Source of the DNA: Massalongia carnosa
Taxonomy: Eukaryota
Direction: 5' to 3'
NCBI GenBank assembly: GCA_965645245.1
Contig: OZ287069.1
Span: forward strand, 930,001-994,000
Length of the DNA: 64,000 bases
This document shows, in pieces, positions 12,311-24,464 of this stretch. The translations under genes and the position numbers were made by a program. How positions within the stretch are numbered: the first letter of the stretch is position 1; the number at the start of each line of letters is the position of its first letter. The notes under the pieces were generated by a model that saw nothing but the letters and a program-made list of their open reading frames with translations, did not search any database and was not told the DNA's origin.

Positions 12311-15061
12311 ATGGCCGAGGTTCTACACCATCCGTCCGTTCACCACCTGGCATTAGATCCAGATCGAAACTCCCCAGGCCCTGTCCTACGAGCTTATGGC
12401 ACACCAGAGCCTAATCCACCGTTTGTCTTTCCTATCCATCCCACGAAACCAGATCCAGTTGACTCCATTGAGCGAGCTTCGAACCTCACCGTGAGGCGTG
12501 GCAAGAATCCGATAAATCGTCCAAGACCACAGCAACTATCACTCAATAACACCTCGCCTGTGTTTCAGTTTCCGCCCTCGACGGCAAGCAGTGCTGGGAC
12601 TATAAATACAAGCCCCGAACGATCCCCAACAAAGACAACATCCATTCTCCTACATTCAAGCGGGCATCGGAGGAATGGGAGTGAGTTTATAGGTGGAGAT
12701 GGTAGATCTGGTGGGTTTGGTTTGATGAGCTCAAGTCCTACCAAAGGGGAAGGAACGCTGCCTCCTCCTTCAACATCTCGAACGGGCCCTCCTATGAACA
12801 AACGTGGACATGCTCATCGTCGGTCGGGTGCAATTTCTAGCCATGATCTGTCCACGATCTTGAAACCAAGCGAACCCAGAGGCAGTAGTGCGCCCACCAC
12901 ACCATCCATTTCAACCACGCAGAACCTATTTCCACCCGATTTGGAGAGAGCCATATCTCAGCCAATCCCAATTATTCCCACGATAACGAGGCAGGAACCG
13001 TCAATAGCGATCAATCATTATGCAAGCTCGTCATTCGAGGGCCAACAACGTCCTCGTGTAGGTTTTTCGGAAACCTTGGAGTTCATTCCCCGCCCGCTGT
13101 CAACAATTTCGTCCGAGACATCGAGCAGTCTATCAACGGTTCGTCCTAATCATTCTTTAACGGGGAGTATCACATCCATTATTAGTGCTGGTACATCTAG
13201 TCCACCATCTGTCAAGGTCAACCGATCTGCCCTAGACACAATGTTTGAGGTGGACCTCTTGCAGCCTCGCCCAAAAACCGCCAGCCCTACAGTCCCTAGG
13301 TATGAGCAACGGGTACAGTTTCAAGAGGATAGGACAATTCTCAATCGTCCCTCTTCAGCATCCAACGTAGAAGGAACTCCGGAAGGCGCTAGAAACCTTG
13401 ATTCATGGGGGAACTCCTCTCAGAACAGTTGGTCGGAAGAGACACCGTCCGCGCACTCTCAACCCTTCGTACATACTACTCGACAGGGCGACCAAGTTTT
13501 GCCGCCCGACTCCTCAGACTCCCAGTTCTGTGGTCAGCCTCCAAAATATTCAGCCAACACCACACCGAGCAGGCCGAGAACGTCGCTTGAGCCAACAAGG
13601 GCCAAGAAGCAAAGAAAGGTTAAAGCCTGGGCGGGATCAATTCTGTCTCGCAGGGCAAGACAAAGGGATATTAAGGACAAACCTAACCTACGTCGATCTC
13701 CGACTCCTCCACTACGCCAGTTTGCTCCAGAGAGCGACTTCTGCCTTGAGGATGTAAATTTCGATGAAGACACGACATACGTTATCCAGACCCCTGTTCT
13801 TGATGCTGGAACCCCCCGAGCTCAGACAGACATTCAATCCTGGAAACCTCGTGTATCAAGTCCTGTGGCGGATTCTGATGCTTCAATCTCTATACTCGAC
13901 CTGGATGCGGCGCTGGGACCGCTCAACACACCAAATTTAGGAACAGATCCAGAGGATACAGGATCAGGAGGCTTCCCGGTTTCTAGGCGGAGAATGCATA
14001 GCGGTGGTGCTACTGGAGGCTTCTCAGGGCCTGGCATGCATTATCACCGCCGTGCAGAAAGTGCCCCTGAGTTGGTTGCCATTAACTATCACGCCTTTGG
14101 TTTTCCACGCTTGAGCAGCAATCCCGCTATGGCCGACGTCTTTGAAGAGGAAGAAGAGGAGGAGGAGAATGTAGTTCCTCATGACGAAGAAGCACCTGCG
14201 CAACACCATGAAGAAGTCAGCGGCAAAAATTTACTCCCAGGTCTCGGAGTCAAAATTGTTGACCTAGATTTTACTCCAACGCAATCGAGTATGAGGCAAC
14301 AAGTCACCGCTTCTTCTAAAGAAGAGTACCTTGGAAATGATAATGTTGAAGAAGCGGGTTCAACCGGTTCTTTGAGGTCCGAAATTTTGCATGCGGAAGA
14401 TGGCTCGGTCGAGATCGTTAGTGCAGATGAAGAACCTCGTGCATCAGGGGGGACGAGACCTTTAAAGGAATCGCCCATTAGACCTATCTTGTCTAAAAAT
14501 CTCTGTACCCCGCGGCCCGCATCCGCCCCCATCGATTTTGCCATGTCTAGGTCTCGTCAACTGCATTCAACCCCAGAATCTTCTTCTTGTGTTTCATCGC
14601 CTGATTTTAGCCGAACCTCCTTCGAAGGCTCTCGTATGCACACAGCAAACTCTTCCATTACCGATCGAGCAACTCTCAGCTCATATCGGGCATGCGATCA
14701 TGGCCTTTCGATGCGTGATTCTGTGGATGATGTGCCATCTTTAACAAGCAGTGCTTCTACTGTGTTCAGTGCTCATCCTCCGCGAATCTCCAGCAGCGCA
14801 GGTACTCGGTCATCCGGTGATCGTGCCCCGTCTTTACCTGCGGTCGTACCACGCCGAGCGCGTTACGAAAGTGCAGGCAAGCGATCGAGTCTTGCCAGTC
14901 TGTCGAGATTAGTGGCGGGCTCTTATGGGGAGAAAAGCAAACTATCGATTGAAGAACGTGCGCAACCAGATAATGTGGATAAGACCGAGAAAAGAAAGGG
15001 AAACCGGATTACTCGACTCATGCGATTCTGGAAGTCAAAGGAGAAGGCGCCTTCCTCATGA
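12311..15061 (+). CDS. Conserved Ser/Pro-rich fungal hypothetical protein (low complexity, intronless)
   Basis: Uninterrupted ORF of about 916 aa from the ATG at 12311, with repeated HRRxxS motifs (HRRNGSEFIGGD, HAHRRSGAISSHD, HYHRRAESAP). Confidence 0.8.
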   Translation: MAEVLHHPSVHHLALDPDRNSPGPVLRAYGTPEPNPPFVFPIHPTKPDPVDSIERASNLTVRRGKNPINRPRPQQLSLNNTSPVFQFPPSTASSAGTINTSPERSPTKTTSILLHSSGHRRNGSEFIGGDGRSGGFGLMSSSPTKGEGTLPPPSTSRTGPPMNKRGHAHRRSGAISSHDLSTILKPSEPRGSSAPTTPSISTTQNLFPPDLERAISQPIPIIPTITRQEPSIAINHYASSSFEGQQRPRVGFSETLEFIPRPLSTISSETSSSLSTVRPNHSLTGSITSIISAGTSSPPSVKVNRSALDTMFEVDLLQPRPKTASPTVPRYEQRVQFQEDRTILNRPSSASNVEGTPEGARNLDSWGNSSQNSWSEETPSAHSQPFVHTTRQGDQVLPPDSSDSQFCGQPPKYSANTTPSRPRTSLEPTRAKKQRKVKAWAGSILSRRARQRDIKDKPNLRRSPTPPLRQFAPESDFCLEDVNFDEDTTYVIQTPVLDAGTPRAQTDIQSWKPRVSSPVADSDASISILDLDAALGPLNTPNLGTDPEDTGSGGFPVSRRRMHSGGATGGFSGPGMHYHRRAESAPELVAINYHAFGFPRLSSNPAMADVFEEEEEEEENVVPHDEEAPAQHHEEVSGKNLLPGLGVKIVDLDFTPTQSSMRQQVTASSKEEYLGNDNVEEAGSTGSLRSEILHAEDGSVEIVSADEEPRASGGTRPLKESPIRPILSKNLCTPRPASAPIDFAMSRSRQLHSTPESSSCVSSPDFSRTSFEGSRMHTANSSITDRATLSSYRACDHGLSMRDSVDDVPSLTSSASTVFSAHPPRISSSAGTRSSGDRAPSLPAVVPRRARYESAGKRSSLASLSRLVAGSYGEKSKLSIEERAQPDNVDKTEKRKGNRITRLMRFWKSKEKAPSS

Positions 15062-16216
15062 GAGCGTTGCAGTTAATTGATGGCTTTTCATTCCTAAGTC
15101 ATCACCTAACCTCTTTAGGGGTACACTATTTCTGGCGTTTAATCTCGGAGACATATTACCGTTGCAAACATGTGGTTCTCACCTCAGCCACAAATGTTGA
15201 AGAATCCATTTTTCGATCTTTCTTCAGGGCTTCTTATTAATGGCTGCGTTAGCTTTACGGCATTTACGGCGGTCATTTTATCTATCTGGCCAAATGAACC
15301 AAACTTCTTAATGAAGCTTTCGATTCATTTCGCAGTTTATCTTATGTCAATTCCATCCTGGGTGGCATTTGTAAGGGCTAGGTTGCTTTCAGGGTGGCTG
15401 TTCTCCCCTCCTAACCGCATTACACCTACGTGCTTCTCAAACGCGTAGAAAAAAGTCAACCTCCAACGAGGTGTCTGTGTAGTTGCCTTCCCTGGAACAG
15501 CCAGGGAAGTACGAGCCGTTTCTTTTCGACTGCGGAGGAAATATATCGCTTTCAATGAATCCTCGTGGACAACTAGGAAGCAATGGTGGCTTTCTGTTTA
15601 ACTAAACGGCCCGAGTAAGTCGCACAAGCTTGGGTTTGGGCTTGGAAAAAGGGTGGACGGCTGTACACCATGGCGCCGTGCATGAACAAAATCTCTAGTG
15701 ACCGAGTCGAGATTGGGGGGGCGGGAGGGGTCTTTTCAATACATACATATTTATGAGAACGTTATGATTTAACAGGAAACTCATCCATGCTGATGTGCTC
15801 AGATCTTTCGTTTCTCACGGGAGGTGTCAATTGCGATGGATGTTTTGCTCGTAATAACCTGGACTCCTAATCAGGCCATACACCCCCAGTAGGTATCTTC
15901 AACGACGTCCTCCTTTTGTCCTCATCCTCGTCCTCGTCCTATTAGTTAGTGCTTCACTTTCCTCATGTCTGCTACGTACCATCTACCTACTTACCTACTT
16001 ACCTACTACAAACCATATGTTCTTATAGGTTAGGCAGGCAGGCAAGCAACATGTAAAGAACAAACAAACCCCTGTACATACATCCCCCCTATTTCTTTCG
16101 CCTGGCCCATCCCCATCGCCTGGGGAGAAGGGGAACGGAACGAAAAGATGTTTAGGAAGCTGGTTGTCTGTCACATCTCGTTCTGGAGGGAAGGGTAAGT
16201 CTAGTTTGGGGGGAAA

Positions 16217-16248
16217 ATATATATATATATTATATATATATATATATA
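16217..16248. repeat. (AT)n microsatellite in a low-complexity convergent intergenic region
   Basis: AT run read directly; (CTACTTAC)n near 15985 and (CTAT)n tracts nearby. Confidence 0.85.
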
Positions 16249-16913
16249 TTTTTAAAAAAGGTGAAAATTGAAAATTGAGCGTTCGATTCGAATCTTTCTT
16301 ATTTCCATGCCTTTCTCCAGAGCTTAGATCCTTGCCTGAAACAAGGGCATATACGTATACAGGTATCTAGCTATCTATCCATTCATCATCATCATCACTC
16401 TATCATCTAGGTATCTCTCTATCTTTTTCTATCATCTAACCCCTATCTATCTACCAATCTCTACCCCCCCCCCGGAAAAGCATGCATGCCGGTCTTCTCA
16501 GTATACTTCCAGAAAAGCAAAAGAAGAGAAGACTAGAAGAAAATCTTCCTTTCCTTCCCCCTACTGTCCTGTCCTCTTTCTACTAATCACTAGCCAACTA
16601 GCCTGGGATGAACCGAAAAAAGGAAAGGATATCAGATAGCCAGCCAGCCAGACAGCCAGAGCTCATCTCTATATAAATATGGTATCCAAGATAAGACAAG
16701 ACGCTCGCTCGCGCAGGCCTCTTGTCCGTTCCCAGTCCCAGCCCCAGTCTTAATCATACTCCCAAGTATTCGGTACAGGAGCCTCCGGAGCACAGCCCGG
16801 ACCCAACCCACCCAACCCCTAGAGCTAACCAAGCCCATCCATCCATCTAATATATGCCAAACCTATCCCCAAACTCCCTAAAATAAACCCAGAAATATTT
16901 GATCCCCCATTCA

Positions 16914-18968
16914 TCAAACCCCTCCCTTCCCTCCACCCCCCGGACTGGCGCCCTCGCTCACCTCGCTAGAACTGAGTCCAACATCCAAGCCCGCAGCGAA
17001 GGCGCCGCCCATAACGATAGGATCAGCATCGATGTCCCACTTCTCGCTCTCCTCCTCTTCCACTTCCTTGTCATAGTCCCTATCCCCCTCTCCGAGCTCC
17101 GCACACCCGTTGTCCTCGTCATCTTCCCCCACGGCGGTCGAAGCGGCAGACAGGGACGCAGCACGTGATGCTCTCCCATCCGCACCACCTTCGAACCCCT
17201 TCTGCACAGCGCCACGATTGTTCCACCGTAGCGCCCTTCGTACACTTTCGAACCACTCCCCTCCTGTCCCGCCCTTACCAACCACAGTCGGAAACGGGTA
17301 CCGGCCCGCCTCGACCTGGACGCAATCCCCACGACGTAGCTCCACGCGACCCTTGCCGTCGAAACTCGCGTACGCGGTGCTGCGGCTCGTGCGCGGGACG
17401 CAGATGCGCAGCAGAAGCGTGTCGCTCAGGACCATGGGCCGAAAGCTTAGCGTGTGGGGGCAAATCGGGGTGAGCAGGATACCAGGGATGGAGGGATGGG
17501 TGAGGGGGCCGCCAGCAGAGAGAGAGTAGGCGGTTGAACCAGTGGGAGTGGAGATGATGCAGCCATCAGCTTGAACGACGGTGAGGAGCTCGTTGTCGCC
17601 GTAGAGCTCGAGATTGGAGACGTAGGGGGAAGGGCCGCGGTCGATGACGAGCTCGTTGAGGACTTCGAACTGTTCGCCTTCGATGCCGTCGGCTGGGGTG
17701 TCGGTGAGATCGTAGTTGTAATTGGTCGGCAGGGTTTTCGCGTCGTTCTGGACCGGGTGGGAAGGCCTCCGACCGTTGGTGGCGCGATAGATGGTGCAGG
17801 TAAAGCGCATGCGGAGGTTGACGTGCATGCCCTGCTCGCCCATGACGCGATTGAGGTGAGTTTTATACGAGGCGAACTCGAAGTTTGTAAGAAAGCCAAG
17901 GGAGCCAAGGGAAAAGGAGAGGATCGGGGGCACGATGCGTTGGAAGAGCCAGGAGGTGAAGAGGACTGTGCCATCACCGCCGAGGGTGAGAACAAGGTCA
18001 AATTTCTCGGGAGATGTCCAGCATAGATCTGGAGTCCAGTATCTGAGCATTTGCTCGTACCGCGGATTTGAGGCAAGGAGGGAGGCAGCGTTGAATCGTT
18101 TCGAGTTGCGGAGTTTTGCATCAACGTAGACAATAACGCCTAGGTCGGAGTTGTAACGAGGAGTTTTCAAGAGCCATTCTGTGAGTTCTCGAGTAAGATA
18201 CACAAGGCTGTTGTCACGGGCTTTTGTGATAATCATGACAGCGCGGACAGCACGTTTAATTGGTCGCCGTTGGAGTTGCTTTGAGATCTCTCGCACACTA
18301 GTGGCAGTTTGCATCAGGCGAGAGTGGGACATGCCATTATCCTCTGCAGCAATCTCCTCGAGGACCCTGTCGATATTGACAGCATCGTCAAACCTTTCAT
18401 GGAAAAAGCAAGGAGATTGAAGGCTTGCAAACCGAGCAGTGGACGGCGTACTGGAGGAAAGCTTTAGGTCTAGCAGGGCGGTCGAAAGGTGTTTCGACGA
18501 CGGTTTGGGCGTTTGATGTTCCGTGTCTAATTCTTTCCCGAGGTTCGTCCGGTTGGATAGAGAGGCTGCCAGTGATAAAGACGCATGATGTCCATAGCTG
18601 GGCGGTCGAGAAGCCAGCGATTTCAGTATCGTTTGACGCGGGATCGAGTCTGTCGATAATGCACCTTTGCGATGGGCGAGGAAGGATTTCGAAGCTCGAC
18701 CAGCGAGAAAGGGCGATCGATGGAGCTGCGCAGTGACGTCTTGTGGGGAGTTGTTCACCTGGGTCGAAGCGTTTGACAGATTGCCCATCTTCTCTCTTAC
18801 CTCTTCATCCATATATGTGCTGCCACTGGTATTCAATGGATCAAGATGTGTTTCGTAGGCTCGTAGCAAGGAGTTACCCAAGGCCGCACACTTCTCTGCA
18901 CCTCCCATATCATCAAGCGGGTGCACCGAGGATGCAATTTCTAGCGCATTATGAACGAACGTTGCCAT
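16914..18968 (-). CDS. ATP-NAD kinase (Utr1/Yef1-like)
   Basis: LGGDGTVL, LGSLGFLT, LNELVIDRG, QADG..STPTGSTAYSLSAGG, TPICPHTLSFRP. Confidence 0.95.
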   Translation of the reverse strand: MATFVHNALEIASSVHPLDDMGGAEKCAALGNSLLRAYETHLDPLNTSGSTYMDEEVREKMGNLSNASTQVNNSPQDVTAQLHRSPFLAGRASKSFLAHRKGALSTDSIPRQTILKSLASRPPSYGHHASLSLAASLSNRTNLGKELDTEHQTPKPSSKHLSTALLDLKLSSSTPSTARFASLQSPCFFHERFDDAVNIDRVLEEIAAEDNGMSHSRLMQTATSVREISKQLQRRPIKRAVRAVMIITKARDNSLVYLTRELTEWLLKTPRYNSDLGVIVYVDAKLRNSKRFNAASLLASNPRYEQMLRYWTPDLCWTSPEKFDLVLTLGGDGTVLFTSWLFQRIVPPILSFSLGSLGFLTNFEFASYKTHLNRVMGEQGMHVNLRMRFTCTIYRATNGRRPSHPVQNDAKTLPTNYNYDLTDTPADGIEGEQFEVLNELVIDRGPSPYVSNLELYGDNELLTVVQADGCIISTPTGSTAYSLSAGGPLTHPSIPGILLTPICPHTLSFRPMVLSDTLLLRICVPRTSRSTAYASFDGKGRVELRRGDCVQVEAGRYPFPTVVGKGGTGGEWFESVRRALRWNNRGAVQKGFEGGADGRASRAASLSAASTAVGEDDEDNGCAELGEGDRDYDKEVEEEESEKWDIDADPIVMGGAFAAGLDVGLSSSEVSEGASPGGGGKGGV

Positions 18969-19950
18969 TGTTATATGCCGTAGTTACGCAGTAAGCACAA
19001 GGCGCTGGTGCTACGCAACACCTGCCGACTAATCAGCCAATCATGCACTGATGGAGGAACCAGTCATTTAATTGATTAACTCACCTCGAGAATCCTCCAC
19101 CAACTTTTCTTGTCCGATCTTGCAGAAAGCAGGCCCGCGGACAGGACTGATCGCCTAATCCTGCGTCTTGCGTCTCGCTTGGGGCGTCGTGCATGTACAA
19201 CGCCGACGCAATCGAAAAGGCGTTAGGGATCGTGGGAAATATTTATTTTTATATGTATGTACATTAAATGCTTCCGGGGCAACCGGGGCGGCGTAATGAC
19301 GTAATTAAAATACCGAACCGTCGACAGTTTTTCGGATTTCGCTTGTTAACAGTTGGAATTTATGAACGCTTTATAGACTCTTGTCAGCATGAGATGATAC
19401 AAGGAAGTTGGATTAACTTTTTAAGCATCCTAGTTGCGCACAGTTCACGAGCTGAGCCTGGCAAAGGCGTGGTAAAAACGTGAAGTCGGGCATTGGAGTG
19501 GAAATCTACTAACCATGCACTGTGACAAGCAAAAGTAATGCGATCCCACCAGTATTTATTCCACCGTCGCAGCTTGCGGTGATGAGAATCAATCGCGCAA
19601 AAAGGGGTTGTGACAGCTCTAGCGATGCTGCAGCTCTAGCGGGGGTGAATGAGTAGATAAACTGGTAGTCGTGCTGACAATTGGTTGGAGGGAAACGAGT
19701 TATGGGAATTTGCCATGAAGCGGAAAAGAGGATCAATCTATAGGTAATCAAGTCCGATGTTTGGGAGCCTTTCTTATCACCTGCATAAGCTTCAACTTCG
19801 ATGCAGAGCATTACGATCAACTTGGCTGAGGCAGTGAACGACAGAACATGAGACATACGAAGCTTGGGCATGGGGCGGAACGATCCAAGGCTGATCAGTT
19901 GGCTTACTTTTCAATGCTGATGCTGGAACGTGGATGAAACGCCATCAGCC

Positions 19951-20024
19951 GAGCGTGATGAACCGCCATTCATATTTTTTCCATTCGATGGACAACAGCG
20001 CTTACTAGAGCTGAAGGATCGCTC
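19951..20024 (+). ncRNA. Candidate box C/D snoRNA
   Basis: Box C GTGATGA (19955-19961), box D CTGA (20011-20014), flanking GAGCG/CGCTC stem. The 11-nt GCGCTTACTAG before box D is complementary to the conserved 18S rRNA segment CUAGUAAGCGC (rRNA sequence from memory). Confidence 0.3.
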
Positions 20025-20297
20025 CTTCTCCATCTAAGCTCCATTGTAATCACATTTCCAGTTGCAATCATGCTAGGCGGAACATGCGAACCTCGCAGAG
20101 CCAGCTTCCTCGGTCGGCCCCTTTTTTCGCTTCTTCTCATCACGACCGGTGGACGCTTCTTTGAGCGAGGCGATCTTGATCGGCAAGGAATTTAAGCATC
20201 ACCCCCCCTTTGCAGCTCTCAGCTTTTTCAAAAGCGGTATGGCAGAGAATACGCAGAAATCTAGCCAACTCCTTTGCTTCGGAGATCATGCCTTGGC

Positions 20298-21155
20298 TCA
20301 ATCCATGCTCTCCTTCCACTTTTGCTCCTTAGCTACTTTCTCGTGCACGACATTTCTCATCGCATCCTCTAAACTCTTTGGTCTTCCCGTATCCATGATA
20401 GCGTCGTCACTATTGCCGCCGTCAACCTCAGCACCTTGACATATCTTGCTTGCCTGATTGACTACGTCTTCCCAAACATCAACGCTAAAAACGCCTTCAC
20501 TCTCCACCACCAACAATTCTCCATTAGAAGCAAAGGCTAAAACATGAATCGAAGATGCCGCACCAATTTGTTTTGCCGAAGGATCTTGCACAAGCTGTCC
20601 AGAGAAGTCGACAGCGATCAGAGTGGATGTTAACGTCATGGATAGTGGTATAGAGGTTGAGAGAAGGGCGAGAATCGAGGTTTGTAACAGCGCCGGCAAG
20701 ATTTGTATGTTCTGGAGCTTTTGGTAAGAGCCACAAATATGTTGGTTGGCGCAAAGCTTACTGAAGCAGCCTGAGGTAAAACGCCAAAGGTAGAATCATC
20801 CTCCTGAGTCGCAATGACTTGAAGTATCACCTGTATCAATGTGCGTGGATGAGCTGTAACAATAATGACATGGCGTAGAGTGCTCTCAATGATGGACTCC
20901 AAATGTCGTTCCCGGATTGCTGATTGAAAAGGTAAGAGGTTGATCATGGGAGACCGCAACGGAGAGATTGACTAAGATACCTCCTACACCAGCAACTGGC
21001 CTTACCACAACATCAATAGCTGCTTCCTCCGGCAGTTCATCTCTTCTTTGAACCTCCACTGGACCGTTCACTCCGCCGATAATTGAAAAGCCATTGTAGG
21101 AATAGACCGCGGACCCATCTGTCCTAGGAAGAACTGCCAACCTTGCCGTCGCCAT
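20298..21155 (-). CDS. RRP46: Exosome core subunit Rrp46 (RNase PH family); 2 introns
   Basis: LPRTDGSAVY..VNGPVEVQRRDELPEEAAIDVVVRP, RERHLESIIESTL..HPRTLIQVILQV, LLVVESEGVF. Confidence 0.9.
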
Positions 21156-21302
21156 GCTTTATCGTCCTCTGATGATTGATGATTCGTTAAGATGCGTGAG
21201 ACTTGGCTGTAAAATAATTTATCCGATGCCGATAGTTACCGCCTCTCAAGACAACCCTTCGCTCGGCTTCCTTCCTTCCCATTCAAGCCTCAAAAATCAA
21301 CC

Positions 21303-22601
21303 ATGCCCTCAATAAGTACAGCACTCTCGTCGCCGCTTCAAAGTCGTCAAGGAAATGGCTCATATCCAACAAAAATAATCCCACGCTTGATCCCGCGCAA
21401 GTCCCGAGCCTTGCCTCAAAACCCTCTCCCCGTACCAGAAAACACCCCGCTACCCCCGCCTCCAGATTCCTCAACCCTCAGCTTCACAGAGCCCACGCGC
21501 CGCGTCCTGTCGACATACGACCATGATCTCTTCCAAGCGTCTCCCGCCTACTCTCTCATTCTCTCATTCGTCTTTTCTCTTTCCGAATCAGCTGTGGACA
21601 TAAAAATTTCCTCTGTTCCACTCTCCTCTGCGCCCCCGATCATCCACAACATCCTCGCCATTCTTTCCTGCATCGAAGAAGTCATAAAATCCTATCCTCC
21701 CGCCGACCAAGGTGGCTCTCGCTTCGGTAACCCTTCCTTTCGCCTGTTCCTCGATTCCGTTTCGAAGCAGAGCAGCCAATGGCACAAAACCCTCGGTCTC
21801 ACCTCCGCCCCCGCCATCGCCGAAATATCAACCTACCTCCAGCATTCCTTCGGTAACCGTGCCCGCATAGACTATGGCTCCGGCCATGAATTAAACTTCC
21901 TCATTTGGCTCCTCTGCCTTAATCGACTCTCCCTTTTACCACCCTCCACCTTCCCCGCCTGCACCCTGTTAATATTCCCGCAATACCTATGCCTTCTCCG
22001 CAAGCTACAAAGCACCTACTATCTTGAGCCCGCGGGCTCTCACGGCGTCTGGGGCCTGGACGACTACCATTTCCTGCCCTTCCTCTTTGGCGCCTCGCAG
22101 CTGCTGCATCATCCTTATATCCGCCCGCTGAGCATCCACAATGAACTGCTGCTCGAGGAGGAAGGGGATGAATATCTTTACCTGGGCATGGTACGGTGGA
22201 CCATGGCTTCAAAAAGCGTCAAGGGCCTGAAGTGGACCCAACCCATGCTAGACGACATCTCCGGCGCCAAGAATTGGGGAAAGGTCGAGCAGGGCATGCG
22301 CCGCATGTTCGTTAAGGAGGTACTGGGCAAATTGCCGGTAATGCAGCATTTCCTCTTCGGGAGCCTCGTACCGGCTACGGAGGGGATGAGCCGAGAAGAT
22401 TCTGTTGGTGGACTTGGGACTGTGGGGGACAAGGGCGTGGGTGGAGAGTTGGTGCATAAGAGCGAGGGCACGACGCACGTACATAGAGATGACGCGTGGG
22501 GGGATTGCTGCGGGATCAAGATCCCCAGCACCGTTGCCGCGGCGCAGGAAGCGCGCAATCGAGGTCTGGGGGAGGGGCTGCGGAGGGTACCATTTGATTA
22601 A
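21303..22601 (+). CDS. RRD2: PP2A activator PTPA, Rrd2/Ypa2 type
   Basis: SRFGNPSF, RIDYGSGHELNF, YYLEPAGSHGVWGLDDYHFLPFLFG, and a C-terminal WGDCCGIKIPS. Confidence 0.9.
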   Translation: MPSISTALSSPLQSRQGNGSYPTKIIPRLIPRKSRALPQNPLPVPENTPLPPPPDSSTLSFTEPTRRVLSTYDHDLFQASPAYSLILSFVFSLSESAVDIKISSVPLSSAPPIIHNILAILSCIEEVIKSYPPADQGGSRFGNPSFRLFLDSVSKQSSQWHKTLGLTSAPAIAEISTYLQHSFGNRARIDYGSGHELNFLIWLLCLNRLSLLPPSTFPACTLLIFPQYLCLLRKLQSTYYLEPAGSHGVWGLDDYHFLPFLFGASQLLHHPYIRPLSIHNELLLEEEGDEYLYLGMVRWTMASKSVKGLKWTQPMLDDISGAKNWGKVEQGMRRMFVKEVLGKLPVMQHFLFGSLVPATEGMSREDSVGGLGTVGDKGVGGELVHKSEGTTHVHRDDAWGDCCGIKIPSTVAAAQEARNRGLGEGLRRVPFD

Positions 22602-23687
22602 GAATTGTGTTACTTTGGCAGCTATATCGTATTTTTCGTTGAAAAAATCTTTGAGACGAAAAGCACCATCCATGAAGCGAGTTGGCATTTATAGTGAATG
22701 CGTGTCAGGGAAACCGGCAGGCAGGCAGGCAGTAGGTAGGTAGGTAGGTAGGTAGCCATACATGTCTGTCCAGGTCAAACCTCCTTTCGACCGTAAAGGA
22801 GATTCCCCGGTCTGCGAATCTCCCACCTCACGCCCTGCACCCAGCCAAAGCATCTACACCCCATTTGATAACGATTCCCTACCCCAAAACCGTGTTCCTG
22901 CCATCGCCTATGCGCGATAGATTTCCTGGCGCCGCCCCCCCCCCCCCCCGGGTCGACGGGTGAAGGGGGGCGCTTTGAAATAGGTACCTAGATTTATGCG
23001 TGGATTCTTTAGGCTAGAGTGGGGGCTAAGTGCTGGAAGTTGTGACGGAAAGCCGGGCCTGTGTTTCTTCCTTTCTTTCCTCTTCCCTTTTTTTTTTAGA
23101 GGGGGGGGGGGGGTTCTAGATCTCTTCACGGAAGGGGCCCGGCCAATGGGGGGTTAGCATTTACCGCGCTATTTTGTTTTTTTTTGAGGGGGGGTGATGG
23201 TTTAGGGTTTAGAAGAAGAAGAAGAAGCGGAGACTAGTGGTGATGGTAGAATTTTGCATGCTGGGGGTGGGGGCTTGAACGTGGTATGCGTGCTCGCTCG
23301 TTGAAGGAGATATGATATCTACCTGTTCAGGGTGCGAGATTGTGTTGGGGATCTTGCTTGCTGTGGCTTGGGAGGAGAATATGTATCCAGAAGGAGATTG
23401 CAACTGTCTCCTCGAAGAAGTTTCATTACATATCTGTTGCTCCTTGTTAGTCTATCGGTCAAGTACATAGATACTAAACGCCTCAATAGGGATTCTCCAC
23501 CTGAAACTCCCGCTGCTAAGGGCCGGCTCTCCATCTCCCCCAAACTCCCCCGCTTATCATTCAATCGTGCCGAGATTTTCAAAGTATGCATCCATCTCCT
23601 TTGGTATCATCCCTTTGGTCGTGTAATTCCTATCCCTCATCTCCCAATCAACCTCCCTTTAACACAACCACCCCCAGGCCCTCCTCT

Positions 23688-24464
23688 TCAATCTTCCCAC
23701 CTCCATTCCCTGCAACACCACCTTATCAATCCTTCCGCACCAATCCTGTCGCCCCCTCGGATCAGCGCTGCCACGTCAACGTTTAAAGGGCTGTCCACTT
23801 CCGGGTACGACAGCAGCTGATGCACGGCTTCCAGCGTCGAGACGATCGTGTATGCAGGCGTCCAGGATGATTTCAGGAGGTCGAGGCAAACTTCTCCGGT
23901 CTGTTTCGCAGGAATGGGTTAATTCTAAGCGAAGCGTTCCATAGACCTGAGGGGGAAGGGGCGGAGGAACGACGAGGCTGAAGAAGTTGGTGCGAAATGA
24001 TTGAGAAAGAGTAGAACGAACCTTGAACTGAACGTTCGGATGGCAAATCCTCGTCACGAACTTCACCTCTGGCGGCTCAATAGGATACTTTTCCGGGATT
24101 GAAATCGCCAGCTTCCAACGCCCCGCTACCAACCATCTATCAATCAGCGCTCATCATCCTGCTGCTGGATAAAATGTCCGCCATAAATCCTACTGTGATC
24201 CTCTACTTTCACCCCCGCTTCCTCCCCTCTCCCCATCGTTTAACAAACCTATACACCCAAGAACAGAGATCTCCTACCTTCATAAGCACTTCCCTTCACC
24301 CCCTTCATGACAGCCTCCCATTGCAGCAGCTGTGATTCTGACACGGGACCTATCGAAACGAGGAAGGCGGAGGGAGACTCGGATTGCGCTTGGAGCTCGT
24401 GAAGAAGACGTTTTGATGCGTTGGAGTTCGGGGAGCGGGATTCGAAATGGGAGTGCGCTGACAT
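23688..24464 (-). CDS. PEX4: Ubiquitin-conjugating enzyme E2, Pex4-like; 2 introns
   Basis: KRLLHEL, YPIEPPEVKFVTRICHPNV|TGEVCLDLLKSSWTPAYTI, PEVDSPLNVDVAALIRGGD; stop TGA at 23690-23688. Confidence 0.75.

Noticed and set aside
16899..18858. Many overlapping ORFs across the NAD kinase gene
   Set aside because: Shadow ORFs from GC-rich codon usage with no recognisable motifs. The same applies to those at 46106-46765 and 56834-57369.
23332..23820. 162-aa plus-strand ORF
   Set aside because: Low complexity, overlaps the PEX4 3' end in antisense, no motifs.
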